The notes under the pieces: generated by a model | The model's database searches: none | Seen by the model: only the letters and a program-made list of their open reading frames with translations | What the model was told of the DNA's origin: nothing | Origin: Octopus vulgaris | Lineage: Eukaryota | Assembly (NCBI GenBank): GCA_951406725.2 | Contig: OX597816.1 | Location: 78,678,001-78,742,000, forward strand | Direction: 5' to 3' | DNA: 64,000 bases | Shown here: positions 60,915 through 64,000 of the stretch, piece by piece | Numbering within the stretch: position 1 is the stretch's first letter | How the letters are laid out: every line of letters begins with the position of its first letter | Translations under genes and position numbers: made by a program

Positions 60915-61233
60915 CATATACATATACACATACACATACACACATACACATATGTACACATACACACACTTAATCACATATATATATATATCTATATATA
61001 TATATATATATATACATATATATACACACACATATATACATACACACACATACATATATATATATACATACACACATATATATATACCCACACCTACACA
61101 TACACACATATATATACATATATACATACATATACACACATACACACACACACATATATGTACATACATACACATACACATACATATACATATACATATA
61201 CACATGCACATACGTATAACTCTACATACCCAC

Positions 61234-61265
<32 letters not shown>

Positions 61266-61612
61266 ATATATATATATACACGCACACATATATATATACA
61301 CATATACATGTGCACACATACACACACACATATATATACCCATCTACAATCTGTATATACACACACATACATGCACATACACATAACTCTACATACCTAC
61401 ATATACATCGACATACTCGCGTACACACACATATATATATATATACATACACACACATACACATACATACACACACATACACATACATATACACACATAT
61501 ACATATATATATATACATATATATATAAATAAATATATATATATATACACACGCACATATATACATATATATATACACACACACACGCATACACATACAT
61601 ATACATATATAC

Positions 61613-61670
<58 letters not shown>
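59595..61670. repeat. ~2-kb compound (TA/CA) low-complexity tract
   Basis: Mostly TA, CA and TACA units; the source of numerous spurious Y/I/H/T-rich ORFs. Confidence 0.95.
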
Positions 61671-61951
61671 ACAATTGAGGGTAAAGTTAATTAGTTATTA
61701 ATCAATTTCACCAAGTATTCAGTATGTAAAAGGACCATTATTTTTTTGAGTAAACATTGTCTGAGAGAAAATTTTCTTTAAGTAGTGGAAAAGGCTAAAA
61801 AACTTATTTGGCTGCTATTTCTAGAAAGTTCAGTATGTGGCAAAGTAATTTATTTTACTAAGCCCTAATTATATAATATTTTATATATACATATACATAC
61901 ATACACACATACATATACACATACATATGCATACACACATATATACATATA

Positions 61952-62004
<53 letters not shown>

Positions 62005-63097
62005 TTTTACATACATACACACACACACACACATAATACATGCGTATATTCCTACTATACCCATACATTTCTATACATATATACGATACACATATACAAG
62101 CGTGCACATACAATATGTGAAAGGTCTTAGGAGAAAAGGTAGTCGGGGGTGCTAGGGGAACGGTGGGATTGGGGGGTTTGTGGGTGGGGTGTCATCAATC
62201 TGGTTGCCGGGTAGGTCTATAGTTCTTGTAGTTTGCATAATTCTTATGCATGCAATTTGTAGCACCTGTAGCTAAAATCTTCTTCACTCTCCTACAGAAA
62301 CACTTCCCCACCCAACATAAGTACTACACTATCCTAAATAAGAACACTATTAGACTCTCCTACTCTACCACGCCCAATCTAGCCAGGAACCTAGCCAACA
62401 ACAACGTGAAAAAACTTAACATATCTACTTTTTCCGAGGCCCATCCAACGTCCGATAGCAATTGCAACTGCCCTGATAAAACCACCTGCCCCTCAACAAC
62501 AACTGCCTACTGAGGGACCTAGTATATACATGCGAGGTAAGATCAGGCCCTGACGATAAAAGAAAATCCTACATCGGAATGACGTCAAACAGCTTTAAGA
62601 CCCGTTGGTACGCACACACACACTCGTTCCGGCGACCGGATAAATCCAACCAAACTACCCTCGCCGCCCACATCTGGTACCTTAAAAGGAACTCCATCCC
62701 CTTCAAGACCAAGTGGAAACTACTACAGAAGGCGCGTTCGTACACAGGAGGCCATACCTGCTGTGACATTTGCATTTCGGAGAGCCTAGAGATCTTGTTC
62801 GCCAAAGGCCCTCTCCTTAACAAGATTTCAGAACACTCCCCAAATTGCATGCATAAGAATTATGCAAACTACAAGAACTATAGACCTACCCGGCAACCAG
62901 ATTGATGACACCCCACCCACAAACCCCCCAATCCCACCGTTCCCCTAGCACCCCCGACTACCTTTTCTCCTAAGACCTTTCACATATTGTATGTGCACGC
63001 TTGTATATGTGTATCGTATATATGTATAGAAATGTATGGGTATAGTAGGAATATACGCATGTATTATGTGTGTGAATGTGTGTGTATGTATGTAAAA

Positions 63098-63150
<53 letters not shown>

Positions 63151-63431
63151 TATATGTATATATGTGTGTATGCATATGTATGTGTATATGTATGTGTGTA
63201 TGTATGTGTATGTATATATAAAATATTATATAATTAGGGCTTAGTAAAATAAATTACTTTGCCACATACTGAACTTTCTAGAAATAGCAGCCAAATAAGT
63301 TTTTTAGCCTTTTCCACTACTTAAAGAAAATTTTCTCTCAGACAATGTATACTCAAAAAAATAATGGTCCTTTTACATACTGAATACTTGGTGAAATTGA
63401 TTAATAACTAATTAACTTTACCCTCAATTGT

Positions 63432-63493
<62 letters not shown>

Positions 63494-63504
63494 ATGTATG
63501 TGTA

Positions 63505-63535
<31 letters not shown>

Positions 63536-63628
63536 GTATATATGTGCGTGTGTATATATATATATATATATTTATTTATATATATATGTATATATATATA
63601 TATATGTATATGTGTGTATATGTATGTG

Positions 63629-63661
<33 letters not shown>

Positions 63662-63795
63662 GAGTGTACGCGAGTATGTCGATGTATATGTAGGTATGTA
63701 GAGTTATGTGTATGTGCATGTATGTGTGTGTATATACAGATTGTAGATGGGTATATATATATGTGTGTGTATGTGTGCACATGTATATGTGTATA

Positions 63796-63852
<57 letters not shown>

Positions 63853-64000
63853 GTGGGTATGTAGAGTTATACGTATGTGCATGTGTATATGTATATGTAT
63901 ATGTATATGTATGTGTATGTGTATGTATGTACATATATGTGTGTGTGTGTGTATGTGTGTATATGTATGTATATATGTATATATATGTGTGTATGTGTAG
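61094..64000. repeat. Large inverted repeat: arms 61094-62259 and 62841-64000 (running off the window), 581-bp spacer
   Basis: 62161-62259 is the reverse complement of 62841-62939. The match continues through unique and microsatellite sequence to the window end, with slippage differences and occasional substitutions. Confidence 0.93.
62260..62905 (+). mobile_element. 5'-truncated Penelope-like GIY-YIG endonuclease region
   Basis: ILNKNTIRLSYSTTPNL, CNCPDKTTCP, LVYTCEV...SYIGMTSNSFKTRWYAH..SF, LAAHIW, CCDICISESLEI and LLNKISE...CMHK; one frameshift near 62490. Confidence 0.92.

Noticed and set aside
60189-61532. 447-aa ORF and the many [12 protein letters not shown] ORFs across the window
   Set aside because: They are translations of TA/CA/TG microsatellites that lack stop codons by composition; no domain content.

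Overview
AT-rich, microsatellite-dense eukaryotic genomic DNA. The SINE, Penelope and LINE content suggests a cephalopod (octopus-like) genome; this is inference. One host gene is recoverable: four small, phase-compatible exons on the minus strand (22288-22381, 10742-10871, 2119-2285, 1066-1218). They splice into signal peptide + SRCR domain + the start of a MAM domain, and the gene continues off the left edge. The rest is mostly mobile DNA: several Penelope-like elements (RT and GIY-YIG), Tx1/L1-like LINEs embedded in (TAA)n or (CTAT)n microsatellites, R4/Dong-like and RTE-like LINE fragments, Tc1/mariner elements (DD34E, DD36E, DD41D), a hAT remnant, a non-autonomous Helitron and many tRNA-derived SINEs. 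The most striking unexplained signal is about ten type I hammerhead-ribozyme motifs in Penelope-type terminal repeats. Their catalytic cores co-vary at the 3:8 pair (C:G, U:A, A:U), and one family has a CUGUUGA core. Also notable are a multi-kb inverted Penelope structure at the right edge, a SINE tail matching the 3' end of the local Tx1 LINE, and a LINE fragment between 260-bp direct repeats. Most ORFs in the supplied track are microsatellite artefacts. All calls were made by eye; element boundaries are approximate unless stated.
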